Origin: Lama guanicoe
Taxonomy: Eukaryota
Reading direction: 5' to 3'
Length of the DNA stretch: 64,000 nt
NCBI GenBank assembly: GCA_013239625.1
Contig: MU054187.1
Location: forward strand, 15,578,941-15,642,940
The notes under the pieces were generated by a model that saw only the letters and a program-made list of their open reading frames with translations, was not told where the DNA came from and did no database searches. Shown one piece after another: positions 38,186 through 51,661 of this stretch (position 1 is the stretch's first letter; every line of letters starts with the position of its first letter). The translations under genes were made by a program, and so were the position numbers.

Positions 38186-40059
38186 ACCTATCAGAACCTT
38201 GAGGTTCTGGAAATAAGCTTCTGGAAATCAGGAATAGTGTCTTTTTCCCTATAGTCCTCTCTGAACAGAAAATGTAGTTTCAGAGGTCCTCTGATGATGA
38301 GAAATGTCCATTGGCTTAAATTTTTTGGTTAAAGCTATTGAGCTTTAAAATATATTAATAATAAATTTTGTTTTGTTTTGTAGTTATGTTTAGGTTGAAT
38401 TAAAATGATGTTTTCCTATTTTTCTAAACTTTGGTGAAATAGATACAGTATTAAGCAGTCAGAGAAAGGTCAGATGCTTAAAGGGTGATGCAAAGATATT
38501 AAGTTGAAACAGTTTTAAGGTTTATATCAATCAGTGACAGGGAATAGGAAAATGCATTTATGCTCATAATAGAGTTGAAAATGACCTCTTTTGTCTGTCT
38601 CCCCAAACCTTGTGCATGATTTCAGGCACAACGTATGCCTCTCCCTTTCAGTCTTGGTGATCTACTGAATTCCAGCCTTCAGTAAGCTCTTCTTTGGCTA
38701 ATCCTTCTCTGTTTACTTGTTTTTGTACTGCCGCAAAGCAGAAATTTGATCATTCATTTGAAATCACAGACTATTGGTATGGTTATTTCCTTTTCTTATA
38801 AATATGTCTTGGCTGTCTCAGATTCTAGATTTTTCTATGGAAAGTGGCATGCCTTCTGCTTCTCTTTAAATCTGTGTAATACTGATCATGGTTTTGAACA
38901 CACAATCTTCCAGCTAATGTCTGTGGACAGTAAAGGCTCAGAACAGCACATTAAGAACTACCAGCAAGAAGTGTCTTGTAACTGCTCTGAAGATAGTTTA
39001 GGGAAAACGCTAAAGATGCGTCCTCATATTTACTGTTATGATGCCAGGTCTTTACCACCCTCCTTGAGGTCTGGAAAAGAAGAGGATTACTGTCAGAGCC
39101 CGGACTCAGTAGGTGGTGAATTTATGCTACGAAGGGTGTATACTCAGGGGAGAGGAAAGGATGGGGAGCTCTGCTGGCTTCCATAAATATATCTTCAAGA
39201 TAAGAAGGGGACCAGATGGTTCTCTTCTTACCTGTTCAGGCTGGAACAACAATTTAGAACCTCTTGGATTTTATCTTAAATTCCCTGGAGAAAATGACAG
39301 GATAGAAATAACTGAAAATAACAGAATTCTTTCAAACTACAGTGAAAGTCTCATTTGCCTGTACTACCTGAAATAGAACAAAGGATTTATGTATTTCCCT
39401 GAGAAAGCATCTGTATGAAGGTCTTCTTCTCAATTAAATTTAGCCTCAGCATCCAGGAAAGTTATGGGAACAGGAGAGCTGGCCCTCGCTGCTGGGGCCG
39501 CAGTGCGTAGTGGAGCTGGAACCCATTACCAGCCCTATGTCGGGAGGTTTCAGCTGGTCTGTCCATACTGAGATGAGGATGGGGGCATCTGTTCTCTTTT
39601 TCACAAGAGCTCTGCCCTACTTCTGTGGCCTTGCTAATACCCTGGATAAATTCCTAGCATTGCCCAACTAAACTGAGCAAGTCCATTTCTCACTAACTAC
39701 CTTGCATCTCTTTCTTTTATAACTCATGATACTTTCAAATTGAGGTCACGTAACTTTTCTGTCTATAAAACACTTCTGCAAAAATCAAATAAACTAAGAA
39801 AAATATAATATTTCTGATTCCAAATATAAAGAACCAAGAACACAAAATACATTGACAGTGATGAGAGAGCAAACTTGGCCAAACGGTCTTTGAAGTTCCA
39901 GCAAAGAAAATGTTTAGTTTACTAAAAACAGAGACATACAGGTATTTAGCGGCTCTTTTTATTATAATGCAGTAAAGTTCGGCCTGATTTCTGACTTAGA
40001 GGCATGGTTTTTCTTGAGGCTCCAGCACGGCCTCTGTTAGTGGAGGATTCCCCTTTGCA

Positions 40060-40690
40060 CTGTTGTGACTCTAGGTGCTTTGTGGGATATAGTGACTGGG
40101 CATATCTGGTTATTTTCAGGATTATGTGAAAATCCCAGACTCCCATGTCCAGTAGGGAGTGAGACAGAAGAAACGGTCTGATGTGTGTAAGATCTGGGCC
40201 TGTGTCAACCTCACAGAATGGCACAGAGTGGGAGCCAAATGGACCACGTGCCCCAGAAAGAAGTGTGGAAGTAGCCAGGGCCCAGGGGCAGGGGGGAATG
40301 AATCCAGAGCAGGCCTGCGGTCAGGATTGAGGAACAATGTCGCAAGAACTGAGTGGACCAGAAGTCTTTCAGCACCACGTACATCCCAGGGGAAGCCAGT
40401 AGGAAAAGTCAGACACCACGGACCCTTTACTGCTCAGTGTTTGGAATTAAGGAAACCACTGAGAATTTTGATGAATTGAAGGTAGAGGAGTGGGGAGGGA
40501 TCCTGAATTAATTAAGATTAGTTGGAATTGACCAAGGTCAAGTTTTCTGTCACTGAGATTGGGGACTAAAAGTAGACACTCAGTTCACTATCAAAATATA
40601 AATGTCCATTTTTGATTGTGGACTGAGAGTCATATTTGATGTATTTGAAAAGCAAATTTATTTTAAGAGAACAGATAATCATGGCAGTTA
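40060..40690. mobile_element. Possible ancient Gypsy-like (MamGypLTR) LTR remnant
   Basis: Composition and motifs (ggggagggatcctgaattaatt...aagttttctg) are reminiscent of the family; weak. Confidence 0.3.
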
Positions 40691-42083
40691 CTCCAGATTA
40701 TAAATTTGTCTTAATTTGGGAAATTTCTATTATTGTGGGAAAGGACTTAGGAACACAGAGAATTGAGGAAAAGCAGATGGCAGGGGCTCCAGAGCAAAGG
40801 GCTAAGCCCTCAGACTGTGAAAGCAGATGTGCCAGGCCTGTGTGGACTGTTGGTAAGAGGGAGCAGCACCAGGGTTAGAGATGCTTCATGGGAGGAGATG
40901 GATTTTGATGGAGTGGTGTGCCTCATTTTCGTAACAGAATTCTTAATATTGAAGGAGATGAAGGACAAAAGCTCCCTAGAAATCCATCCTAAAGAAAATA
41001 GTCAGAAAACTTGGTGAAAGGACAGGCTGGGGGGCAGTGGCCCAGGGAAATTTTGAGTGAAACGTTTACACAACACATAGATGGCCAAAGCGGCTCGGGA
41101 CTTAATTCTTTCTGGTCTTAGTGACGGTAGAAGTCTGTCTGACCCCTGCTCTCCCTGATGGCTGCTGGGTGTCCCAGCCAGTTGTCCTGTAGGACAGTAG
41201 TGACTGGGGCAACAGGAGGATTTATGGGTTATACCTGCATGAAATGTGAAACAGAATATGCACAATCGTGTCATAAAAGACACTGTTTTATCTGTAATAA
41301 GCATTTTTGGCAACCAAAAAGCAAAAAAAAAAAAAAGTCACATTTGTAAAAATTTAGGACTGAAATTTGTTTCTTGAGAGAGTTGCTAATAATACATAAC
41401 TGGTTTAAAATATGTGCTGACCCTACCATGTGCTATGGAGCTGTCAGGATATCACTGACCACATGAAAAACAGAAGAAATAAATCTGATGACAAGGCATC
41501 GACAAATATTTCAAAAAGCAGCAGTGACTTGTCAAAGATGGCGCTTAAGCTTACAAAGACTGAACAAGAAGGGCTACAGAAGGTACACTTACCTATCACA
41601 TTGTGATGCATGGCTTTTCATATAGATCACATAACTGTTCTTCTGAATTAATTTTACTCATTTCAGTTCCAGGATTTCTGGTAGAATTATGATGTGATTG
41701 CCGTTAATATATTGGCTCCATTAGCAAACAAAGACATTTATAGAGTTAAATGATACCAGTTTTATATCAGAGCTAAAAGTAATAACTGTATAAACTAATT
41801 TTAATGGTGCAATGATTTCTTCATAGAATTTATGGGATCAATGTAGAGCCTTGAAAGTTTATTTTTTCTGGGGTGAAACATCTGACATTATTATATATAC
41901 TATTGTGAATTCAAATAAGAAGATCAAAGCTGAAAATCATTTTTATATTGATAATTCAAAATACTGTAATTTCGTGAGATTAATTTCATTATGATTTAAC
42001 AACGTAACTCCTAAATTGGAAATCTACAGACCAGAAATATATATGGAATTAATTGTAGTACAAACATAATTCATCACTGCATC

Positions 42084-42575
42084 CATATTAATTTTCTATT
42101 CCTGCTGTAACAAATTACCACACACACTGGCTTAAAGCAACACGAATTAATTTTCTTATAGTTCAGTAGGTCAGAAGTCCAACATGGGTCTCACTGGGCT
42201 AAAATCTAGGTGCATCAGGGCTGCATCCCTTTTAGAGTTTCAGGAAAGAATCCGTTTTCTTGTCTTTTCCAGGTTCTAGTCTAGAGGCTGCCTATGTTCT
42301 TGGCTTATGTGCCTCTTCTTCCATCTGCAAGTAGTATCTCTTTGATTCTGCTTCTGCATCACATCTTTTTCTCTGACCACAGCTAGAAAAGGTTATCCAC
42401 TTTGAGAACCTGCAAGATTCAATGGGGTCACCTAGATAATCCAGGATAATCTCCCCATCTCAAAGTCCTTAGCTCTATCAAATCTTCAGAGTCCCTTCTG
42501 CCACGCTAAATAACATACTCAGGTTCCAGTTTAGAGTGTGCAAGTCTTTGGGGGGCCACCCTTCTGCCTACTGCA
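42084..42575 (-). mobile_element. MLT1C/D-type MaLR solo LTR, full length
   Basis: ctgctgtaacaaattaccaca...ggcttaaagcaacac...ggtcagaagtcc...ttctgcctactgca; 5-bp TSD GCATC at 42079-83 and 42576-80. Confidence 0.9.
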
Positions 42576-43179
42576 GCATCCACAGAAACCATTATAGCCT
42601 ATCAACTCAAATATAAGCTTCCATAAAGACTTGGAGGTTTAACAGTTTCTGATTACAAATCTACCAACAGTAGGTGTCAGAAAATTATAAGGATCATGAA
42701 CATATAGCAGAAAGGACTTCTTTAAAGAAGTTTGAGCTGATAATTGAAGGATGGTTAGAAGATAAATACATGGAGATTGTTAAGCATGTGAGATGAGCAT
42801 GATGCTTTCCAGAAACTATAAGAAAGTCAATGAGCAAGAGGAAGACTGGCGTAATAAAAACAGAAGCGGGACCCAATCAGGCAGGCTTTTCAGATTATTA
42901 ACTTTTTTTTTTAATCTTACATGCAGTGAGAAGTTATTCAAGGATTTGAGCAGGAGAAGTGTAATCAAATGCGGGGTTTTGTAAGATGACTCTGGTTTCA
43001 CTGTAGAAAATGGATAGGACAATACTGTAGAAAATGGATAGGGTACAAGGTACCATAAAAGTGGATCCAAGACACACTGGACTCATGATCTACTCAGAGA
43101 TCTCAAGGTCACATTGTTAAAAAATCTCAGGTTGAATCTTACACAAATCTGTTTTTTTTTGTTGTTTTCTGTTTTTTTT

Positions 43180-43720
43180 TTTCTTCAGGTTCCTCCATGT
43201 GAGTAAACGGCCATCTAGTTCTGTAAGCCTGGGTATCACCCATGATCTTCCCTGTCCTCACCTCCCAATATCCAAGTCCCATCAGTGTGCCTTCTAAATA
43301 GCTCTTGGATCTGTGCCATCTTTCTGTCTCCACTGCCAGCACCCTAATAAAGACTCCTCTAGTTTCTTACCTCAAATCTTGCAGTAGCCTTATATCTGAG
43401 CCCCCCATGGATCCCTGCCCTCTCCATTATCTGTGCTGCAACCAGCATAATTGTTCAAAAGCACAAATTTTATTAAAATCCTTCCACTGTAACTTGCATT
43501 TCCCACCTACTCCCCTGACACACATACAAAACGTGTGCATTTAGAACCCACAGGTGTGCTGGGCTCTCTCATATCAGGGGCTCTTCACATGCCAGTTTCT
43601 TCCTTTTTCTGCCTAGAATGTGCTTCCCTGTGCCCAAATCACTCTAATTCTCTTTCATGTCACAGATAAAAGAGCATTTCCTCAGGGAAGCATTTCGTCT
43701 TACCTTGGTCTGTCTTATAT
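43180..43720 (+). mobile_element. L2 fragment
   Basis: ttctgtctccactgccagcaccctaa...tttcttacctcaaatcttgcagtagcctt; a further antisense L2 piece lies at about 42860-43060. Confidence 0.65.
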
Positions 43721-45997
43721 GCTCTCACTGAACAGTAATATTGGCACCTGGACCCAAATCCAGGTGACTCTGGTTCCCAAGCCCATGCTTTTAATCAGTA
43801 GAACACCCACCGCCCTCCAGCTTAAGTTTCCTTCTCTAATGTCTCATGGTTCAAGAAAGGCTACACTAGTGAATATGTGCTAATCTGTTCTCAATTTAAT
43901 TTTCAGTGAGAACACAAACCTTAAGGTCCAAAACCTGGCCAATGTTTAATATAAAAGTGAATTTTCTGTAAAAGTAGTTAGTATTTAATAGTTTTTGTTG
44001 ACACCCCAAGTACACACTTAACAAATGAGAATCAGTGATTTGAATTTCTGGAGCTGTGCTCTGAGAACAGAGGTAGCAGGCATATGTGTTAGCAGGAGTC
44101 CTGCCTGGAAGCCGGGGCAGATGAACCCGGGACTCTGGGAGGACGCTCACTGCCATTATCCTTCGTGGGAAAAATTGAGAACACAGTAAACAGGTAACTT
44201 TACAAGTCGTCTTAGCAAGTAAAAGAGTAAGTAATAAACCTTGTAGCCGTAGAGAAAAGAGGTGAGATGTGCTACTGAGGCCGCTTTGAGAGGCTTGCGT
44301 TTTCACTCTCTGTGTCGTGATAGATAAAAAGGGCTGCAGTCTCCAAGCCTGTCACTCCATCACCCTTTGCAACACCAAACTCACTCCTTGTTTTTCTTTC
44401 ACTTTAACAGCTAAGGATGTTATCACTTTCACTGAGGTCACCAAGAGGGTAACACTACTCTTGGTGACGCTAATGAAAAGGTACAGTGGTAACATGAGTT
44501 AATTGCATAGTTACCACACAATTACCAATTTATGCTCGACCGATGTTAACAGAGGGTAGGAGAGAGCTGGCATTATGTGTACTGAATGCTGCCTGATACA
44601 ATATGAGAACAGTGCTTGGTCGCCTGAGACTTTTCCATGAGCAGGTTTACTCACATAAACAAAGAAGATTAAGAAAATGTATGCTTTCCCATATCTATTG
44701 GTCTAGTGCTGCTTAAAAGTGGACCTAATGACAATGATCTTTCTTTTAACTCGTTCCCCCTTAATCACTAGGGTTTCAAATACCCGGTTGCTAGATTAAA
44801 AAATAATGATGTTCAGGTACAAAAATAGTTGTTTTACTCCTGAACACAAGCTTCAGTTTGACTGTTTTTCTACAAAGGAAGCATTATATGATAAATGAGA
44901 AACACAGAGGGAAGACATAGATTAAGCTACATGGACCCAGTATCCATAACAGAAAAAAAAAAACATCATTATTAAAATTTCTTGTTAGATGAAAGTAAAC
45001 CTCTTTCTCTGATATTTGCTGAGTTCTTTACTTCCCACTTAATTTTCAGGCTCTTCATGTGTGTTTTATGTTAATATTTTCACAAATCCCTGGAAAAACA
45101 AAAAAAAGCGGTTTTTTTTGTACTTATGAATCAACTTTCTTAAGGAATAATTGACATACAATAGAATTAATTTATTTGAAGCGTACAGGTCAACAAAAAT
45201 GCACCAATTTTAAAATAAGCTTTATTTGGTAACTTTCTGAAGGATGGTTTCAGTTAAAGCTGGGAATGATTGCTGGAAAACCCTCCATAGTATTTCTAAA
45301 CTCACCTCTTGAGGAATTTTACTCTGAACACCAAGCAGAACCCACAGCTTACCATCAGCCATGCGGCTATGAAGTGAACATAAGATTAAACTTTCTGTCC
45401 AAGTAATTTCATGCTGAAGTGTTCTCGGTTATACGCACCTATAACCCGCACGTGTTTGCTGACAAAGAGGCACAATGAGCAGAGTGTCAAAAAGCTAGAG
45501 TAAAAGTCTTGAATTCTTGTCATTATTCAACCAAAATATGTATTAGGTACAAGGCACTTAGAATAGAGACACAGCATGAACAGGATGGACACGGCCCCTA
45601 AAATTAGTTTCTTTGCCTTTGTTAACATTTCTTAAATTATTTAATGCCATGTACTAAATAATTTCCTGCTTAAACCGACTAGACTAGAATTCTTTTCTGA
45701 ATGCTGACCAATGCAGCTACTAATGCTCCCTTCCTAGTCGCGTGGCCTTAACGTACTCTGTCCTTCACTGAGTATGTCCTGACTGCTGACTCACTATGGT
45801 GTCCACTCTATAGAATCCATACAGGGTCATTTCCCATTTCCACTGATGGGAAAAGCAAATTTCCATTATTTAGGAGCTCAATACAATCCTTCTCATTGTG
45901 CAGACAGTGACCTCCATTATACTTGTCCTTAAACTTTCTCCTGCTCATAGTTACATAGGCTGCAAAAAAAAAAAATTAGATTAATACTTGCATATGT

Positions 45998-46190
45998 CAG
46001 GACTGGTTCGATCAGTCTCTCAGAGGGTGACTAGCAGTATCAGCATGACCTGGAAGCTTGTGAGAAATGTAGCTCCTCGGGTACCACCTCAGGCCTACTG
46101 AATCAGGAGATCAAAAGGCGAGGCCTCCAAATCTGTGTTTTAACAGATCTTCCAGGTAATTCTGATGCACATTTAGTTTGAGAAACTCTG
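45998..46190. mobile_element. MER5A (hAT-Charlie) MITE
   Basis: agcagtatcagcatgacctggaagcttgtgagaaatg...cctactgaatcag...gttttaacag...ggtaattctgatgcaca...gtttgagaaactctg. Confidence 0.88.
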
Positions 46191-47229
46191 TGCTGAATTA
46201 AACTCAGAGAATAAACGTCTTGTGACTTAAAACAGCAAAGATTCATTTCTCACCCATGCAGGATAGTTTTTTGTGTATTACGTGCCTGCTCTCTTCTGTG
46301 ATGTCCTCACTTCGGAATGCAGGCTGAAGGAACACTGCTGCCACCATTTTAGAAGAAAAAATATATATCTGGCAATTAAATGCCCTGGCCTAGAAATTCA
46401 CAAATGTGACTTCCACTTAGAACTCATTAGTCAGGGCTGGTCACTCTGTCACACCCAAATACAAGAGGATCAAGAAGGGTTGTCTAACATATTCTTAGAA
46501 GTTAGAGATCAGAAATCATTAGTGGGAACTTTTATGATCACCACAGTCCTTAAATCTAATAATCAAGTATTTGGCCGATTCCCCTCACTGTACACAAACA
46601 CACTCACCCTCTAAATAAAGGAATTAAAACAAAAGTCCCATCCAACACAGAAACACACCAAAAAAGAAAAGAAAAAGGAAGGAAACAGAAAACCACCAAA
46701 AGTTTATGATTAAGTGGTCATAAAGAGGCAGGAGTAGAGGAAAATTAAGACTATTCTGAGGTTTCACGCAAGAATGGTAAGGAAACAATGCTGATTTTCT
46801 CAGTGGTAGGAACTTTGTGGGGAGAGACTGTTTCAGTGAATTCTGTCTAGGTGATCGTAGGGTGCAATCAGATGAAGATGTTCCAAGTTGATAAAAACAA
46901 CAAAGTTGGAATTCAAGAAAGTCAGGCCAAAGAGATTTGGGGCATGGTTCAAGGCGAGTCAGGCACAAGTGATAGAAAACGCTTGTATAAGTGAGCCACT
47001 GGGTCAGAGGTTGAGGTTGTACATTTCACCGGCTTGGCTAGTGAGGACCTGGAGTGGCCACTTTAAGTAAAAGAACCACATAAAATGTTGGCTAGGCACG
47101 ATGAGGGTCCTGAAGCCCTGCCTCTGCCCATGGGGCAGGGGACAGGGAGAAGCTGATTGGTGCTTCACCGTGTCCTGCGTGGTCAGATCCAATTTTAGCA
47201 GAAAGGGCAATTCTGAACAAGGCATATAA

Positions 47230-47392
47230 CATGTGATTGCTGTGTACCTGTCACTTAACTCTTGGTACCCCTGGCTTTGCATCTACAGAACTACTTCATA
47301 GGGCTTTTACGAGGATTAAATGAAATTCTACATAAAATGCTTAGCACTGTGTCTGGCACACAGACACTTAGTTGACAAAGTTATTAACATTA
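47230..47392 (+). mobile_element. MIR SINE
   Basis: gtcacttaactct...gaggattaaatgaaat...aaaatgcttagcactgtgtctggcaca. Confidence 0.8.
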
Positions 47393-48039
47393 CAAATCGT
47401 TGTGGAGACACAGGGATAGAAGGGGTGCTATGTTTGGAGTCTCTGAAATGCATCTGTTTGACAATCAGCTCTGTAAATAATCCCTGGTTCCTTAACTTTT
47501 TGAGTCTACCATGTCAGTAATGTATAAATGGGAATATCGATAACCTGAGTCAGAAAAAAAAAAAAAAGAGTCAGACACAAATGTGGTAAAATTTAAGGGC
47601 CACTTGGGAGAAAACTCCATTGCCCTGACTCTTGGTGAAGTCTATGATTCCATCATTCAAGATTGATTTGTTCCATTTAAAATATTTTTCTGACCTTATT
47701 AAAATTCAGATATTCTTGGAAGAAATAAAGCATCAAGCTATTAGTAATTATGAATGAATTTCTCATATTCCACCAACAGCTTATCTAGGAACTAAGGTGA
47801 AAAAATAAATTGAGGGCATGAAGTAAGGCTTTGGCACCCAAAAGGCAAACAACCTCTACTGTGTATCTCAAAATTTTGTTGAAAGCAAATATAAAAAGAA
47901 CTTTAAGCATCATGGGAAAATAAAATGTTCTGAGAGTGAAAGCCAAACTTATTGGTTCATAGTCACAAAATCCGTTATCAGATTGCAGGCACATAAACAA
48001 TTACTTTCAAATGACAAAATAAGACAAGTGTGGTATTTG

Positions 48040-49700
48040 TAAGAAAACTGAGGTATCAAAGAAGGACACAGAGCGTAGCATGACAAACTCTGTTGGAGGG
48101 GCCTTGATACAGGAAGACTCCAGGGAGAGATCCATTGTTTATGGAAATAGCAATGTTCACAAAATGAGTAAGTATTCTTCAGAAAGATAAGAAAGGAGAG
48201 GGCAGTCCAGATGGATGTGACATCAGATGTAAAGATACAGAGAGAGACAAGGATACTGTGCTCGGAAACAGAAGGCAGTTCACTCCCTCTTGTAATTTGA
48301 CTAGAGGAGAAGGACGGTGGTGGTGACAGTGGCATCTGGGAAGAAACAGGCCACAGTAAGCAGTTTGAAACTGATGGAAAACTATTGAAAGTTTTAAAAT
48401 AAGTGAACATGGAAATAAATACATCTTTCCGAAAGCTATCTTGGATGTTGTTGGGGAGCAGGGGGCCAGGATGCACGAATGCCTTCCGGGTCCCAGGTGG
48501 CCACTCTAGGTGTCGAGTCACTCTGACATAACCTACCATGGTGTGTGCTGGGTGGCAGTGGACTTTTTCTGAGGGAAAGACCATATCCCAGGCTGCTCTG
48601 GCTGCTGTAACAGAACAGCGCAGTCTGCGTGGCTCACAGAACAGAAGCCTGAGGGTAGGTAGTTCCACGTGGGAAGCTAAACAGTGCCTTCCGGGCTCAA
48701 GCGCCTTCTCTCTCCTCATCCCGCCATCCTCAGTGTGGGACTCTCACCCTCCTGGCTGCAATATACTTCCTTCATTTTATCTGCATTCCAGACTGTACGT
48801 CCTGACGGGAGGGAGGGTGGCACCGTCACAGTGCTTGTAGGATGAGACGGGCTATGCCCGTTTTTTAGTGGATTGGAAAGAATGGAAGACACTAACTTGG
48901 AGAGTTTTGGAAATAACTGAGTCTGAAGTGCATGTGTGACATCTAAGAGACATTATTAGAAGGTGACTGGAACACCAAAGCACCTTAGTACTGATACTTG
49001 GGAGAAAGATCTGAATTTGGATATAATTTAAAGAATCCACGGCCAACTTGGTGATAGAGAAAATTATCAGAGTGCCTGGGATTACCCAGGAAGAGTGTAT
49101 GCAGTGAGAAAGCAAGAAGGCTAAGGGGAAAATCTCAGGAAATATCCATTGTTACAGGGTGGTTGGAGCAAAGTGGTAAGGAATATAGATAAAGGAATGT
49201 TTAAGAAGGTTAGATGTAGACTCCAGTGAACTGAACTGAATATAAATAAGGACTGAACGTGTCCTTGTCAGATTATCAGCCAGGAGTTGGTAGTAAGGCC
49301 CTTCCATAGAGCAGAGTCCGTGGAATGGAACCAACAAAAGCCAGATCCTGGCAGGTAGAGGAGTAAATGGAAGGTGTTGATATAGAGACTATAAATTGCC
49401 TTGGCAAAAAACAGAGCAACACCTGAAGGGGACAGAGTAGAGAGAGCAAATTTAGTTAAAAAAATTTTTTTTTTTACTTTGTTGGTAAGATTTGAACATA
49501 TTTATAGCCTGCAGGGAAGAAGCCATTGGCGAGGGAGGATTTGAAGATACGAGAAAAGGAAGTAATTGATAGAACAAGGCCAGGCATAGGCAGGAAGGGA
49601 TGGGATCAAGAACACAGGTGGAGGGATTAACCTTAAACGGGGTTGAGTCTCTTCTTCCTGTGAGAGTGTCAGTATTTCTCCCTGAGAACGGGCAGGTGTA
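48040..49700 (-). mobile_element. Cluster of L2 fragments with a short MLT1 piece (about 48580-48680)
   Basis: Purine-rich antisense L2 motifs (aggccacagtaagcagtttg...atggaaaactattgaaagttttaa; aggactgaacgtgtccttg; gggatgggatcaagaacacaggtggaggga). Confidence 0.65.
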
Positions 49701-50225
49701 TTTAGATCTACATGGATACACAGGAGAGGTACAAAGGGCCTGACTGCTGTGGTCTTGAGCTTTTATCTGATGTCTGATCTTGACTGGAGGTATGTAAGAG
49801 ATCAGGGAGGCAGAACTGGTCACTTCACTTGTGAGTATTAAACCACGGCCAGAATCCCAAACCAGCTGCTGTCAGCTTTTGAAAGCATTCACTACTCTTA
49901 AATTCATACCTACGTAATAGAGTGCTACTTCATAATTGATATTTCAAATGTTGTAGGTTGAAACAAAACAAAATAAAATGAAAGGCACTTCAGCTCAAAG
50001 ACTGATCGTTCACCTACAGTTTCCAAAATGATCAATATGCTTCCAGGAGAGAAGCATATTGTTCTGATGCAGCATTACAGAGAGAATGTGAACACATTTA
50101 ACTGTGATGATTTAACATTATTGACTCTTGAACTAGCTCATATTTATAAAGTAGCTGTTCTGAAAAGAAGAGAATATTTTGCATAATTAAAGAAGAGAAA
50201 CATATGTTCAGAATGTATACATTTT

Positions 50226-50296
50226 ATGCATGACTGGGACATTGTGCTGTATACCAGAAACTGACACATTATAACTGACTGTACTTCAGTAAAAAG
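50226..50296 (+). mobile_element. 71-bp young L1 3' end (camelid-type)
   Basis: atgcatgactgggacattgtgctgtataccagaaactgacacattataactgactgtacttcagtaaaaag; perfect 16-bp TSD agaatgtatacatttt (50210-25, 50297-312). Confidence 0.88.
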
Positions 50297-50779
50297 AGAA
50301 TGTATACATTTTGTTTAGGAAATGAAATTTGAAATTAGAAGGAGGTAAGGAGAGAAGAAAATTGAGCTGACAGAGCCAGTTAAATTTAGGGATAAATTTT
50401 GGGCAATACATTGAAGGGCTTTTCAAGGACTGTTTGACTTCATTACTTAGAGTATGAAGGGGCTTACATAGGCTGTAGGACAAATCAACAGTAAAGGTTT
50501 GCACAATACCACAATACCTGTCAAAACTTGTAATAAACAGATGAGGTAAATGGACATGTTACTTATGAGAACATATTTTTCTTAGTACTTGACTTCTACA
50601 ATGAGTGGTAATTGACTTTTTTTTTCTTTTCATTTGGCTGTCTGATATTCTAAATACCAAATTTAAACATTCAAACAAATGTTTCTTTTGGATATAGTTA
50701 TATCTGTTTTATCTCATAACATGGATTGCAGTGATCTGTTTATGCTTCTTTTCTCTGTGGGAGGATGGAAGATGCCAGC

Positions 50780-50970
50780 CTTGACTCTGGAACCAGATCC
50801 ACTCTGAAGTTACCAGCTTCACAATTCCGATCCTCATCTTCCTCACCTATAAAATGGTATTAATAATACCAGTCTTTTAGGGTTGTTGTAAGTACTGTTA
50901 ACTGATTAAAAGCCCATAAAACAGCGCAGAGCATAGTGTAAGCATTCCCCCCAAAAAGTCAGCTATCATA
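50780..50970 (+). mobile_element. MIR SINE
   Basis: cctcatcttcctcacctataaaatggtattaataatacc...agggttgttgtaag. Confidence 0.8.
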
Positions 50971-51661
50971 AAATCTGGTGATGATATTTAATGACTATTT
51001 CATACAGCAAACGTTCTACATTTGCACAGTATTTTATAATGTGAACTTCAAGGAAATGTAGTTTAAGTTGCCATAACCAGGTAGATTTGAACCTACCTGT
51101 TCAAATATTTGTTTTTTGATATTTGATGAAGTTAATTCTTGAAGGCGTATAATACTTAAAACAAGGTATTAAAGGCCAGTGTATAATTAACTCCATATTT
51201 TCTTTCTTTTTTCTTCCTTCCTTTCATCTTTTATTTATTCCTTTCTTTTCTCTTTCACTCTGTCTTACAAAACGGAGGATGGCTTTTTGAGGATATTTAA
51301 TTTCAAGAGTCCAAGTAGAAAAGGGACACTTAACTTTTTGAATTTTTAAAGATTGGAGTATCAACTAGATGCAAAATTGATAATGAGTTTAATTCAAAAG
51401 AAGACAAACAGCATATGTAGAGAAATATGCAGAAGAAAACTGAGTATAATAAATTATCTCAGCAAAGATCAATAATCTTAGTGGTTACTAAAAAGGAAAC
51501 GGAATGCAATTGAGGGATTATTTTGTAGAGTCCCTAACACAATTGCTTATTTCCTTTCCTTTTAGTTTTAAAATTCCATTTTCTTTTTCATTTCTTAGAC
51601 TTGTCTCCATTTATAAATAAGAAAACAGCTAGAGATGCAATCTTTTAAGGATGTCTAGAAT

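Noticed and set aside
47949..48719. Longest ORF (256 aa, minus)
   Set aside because: Runs across L2 and MLT1 fragments; no recognisable domain or splice context; chance open frame.
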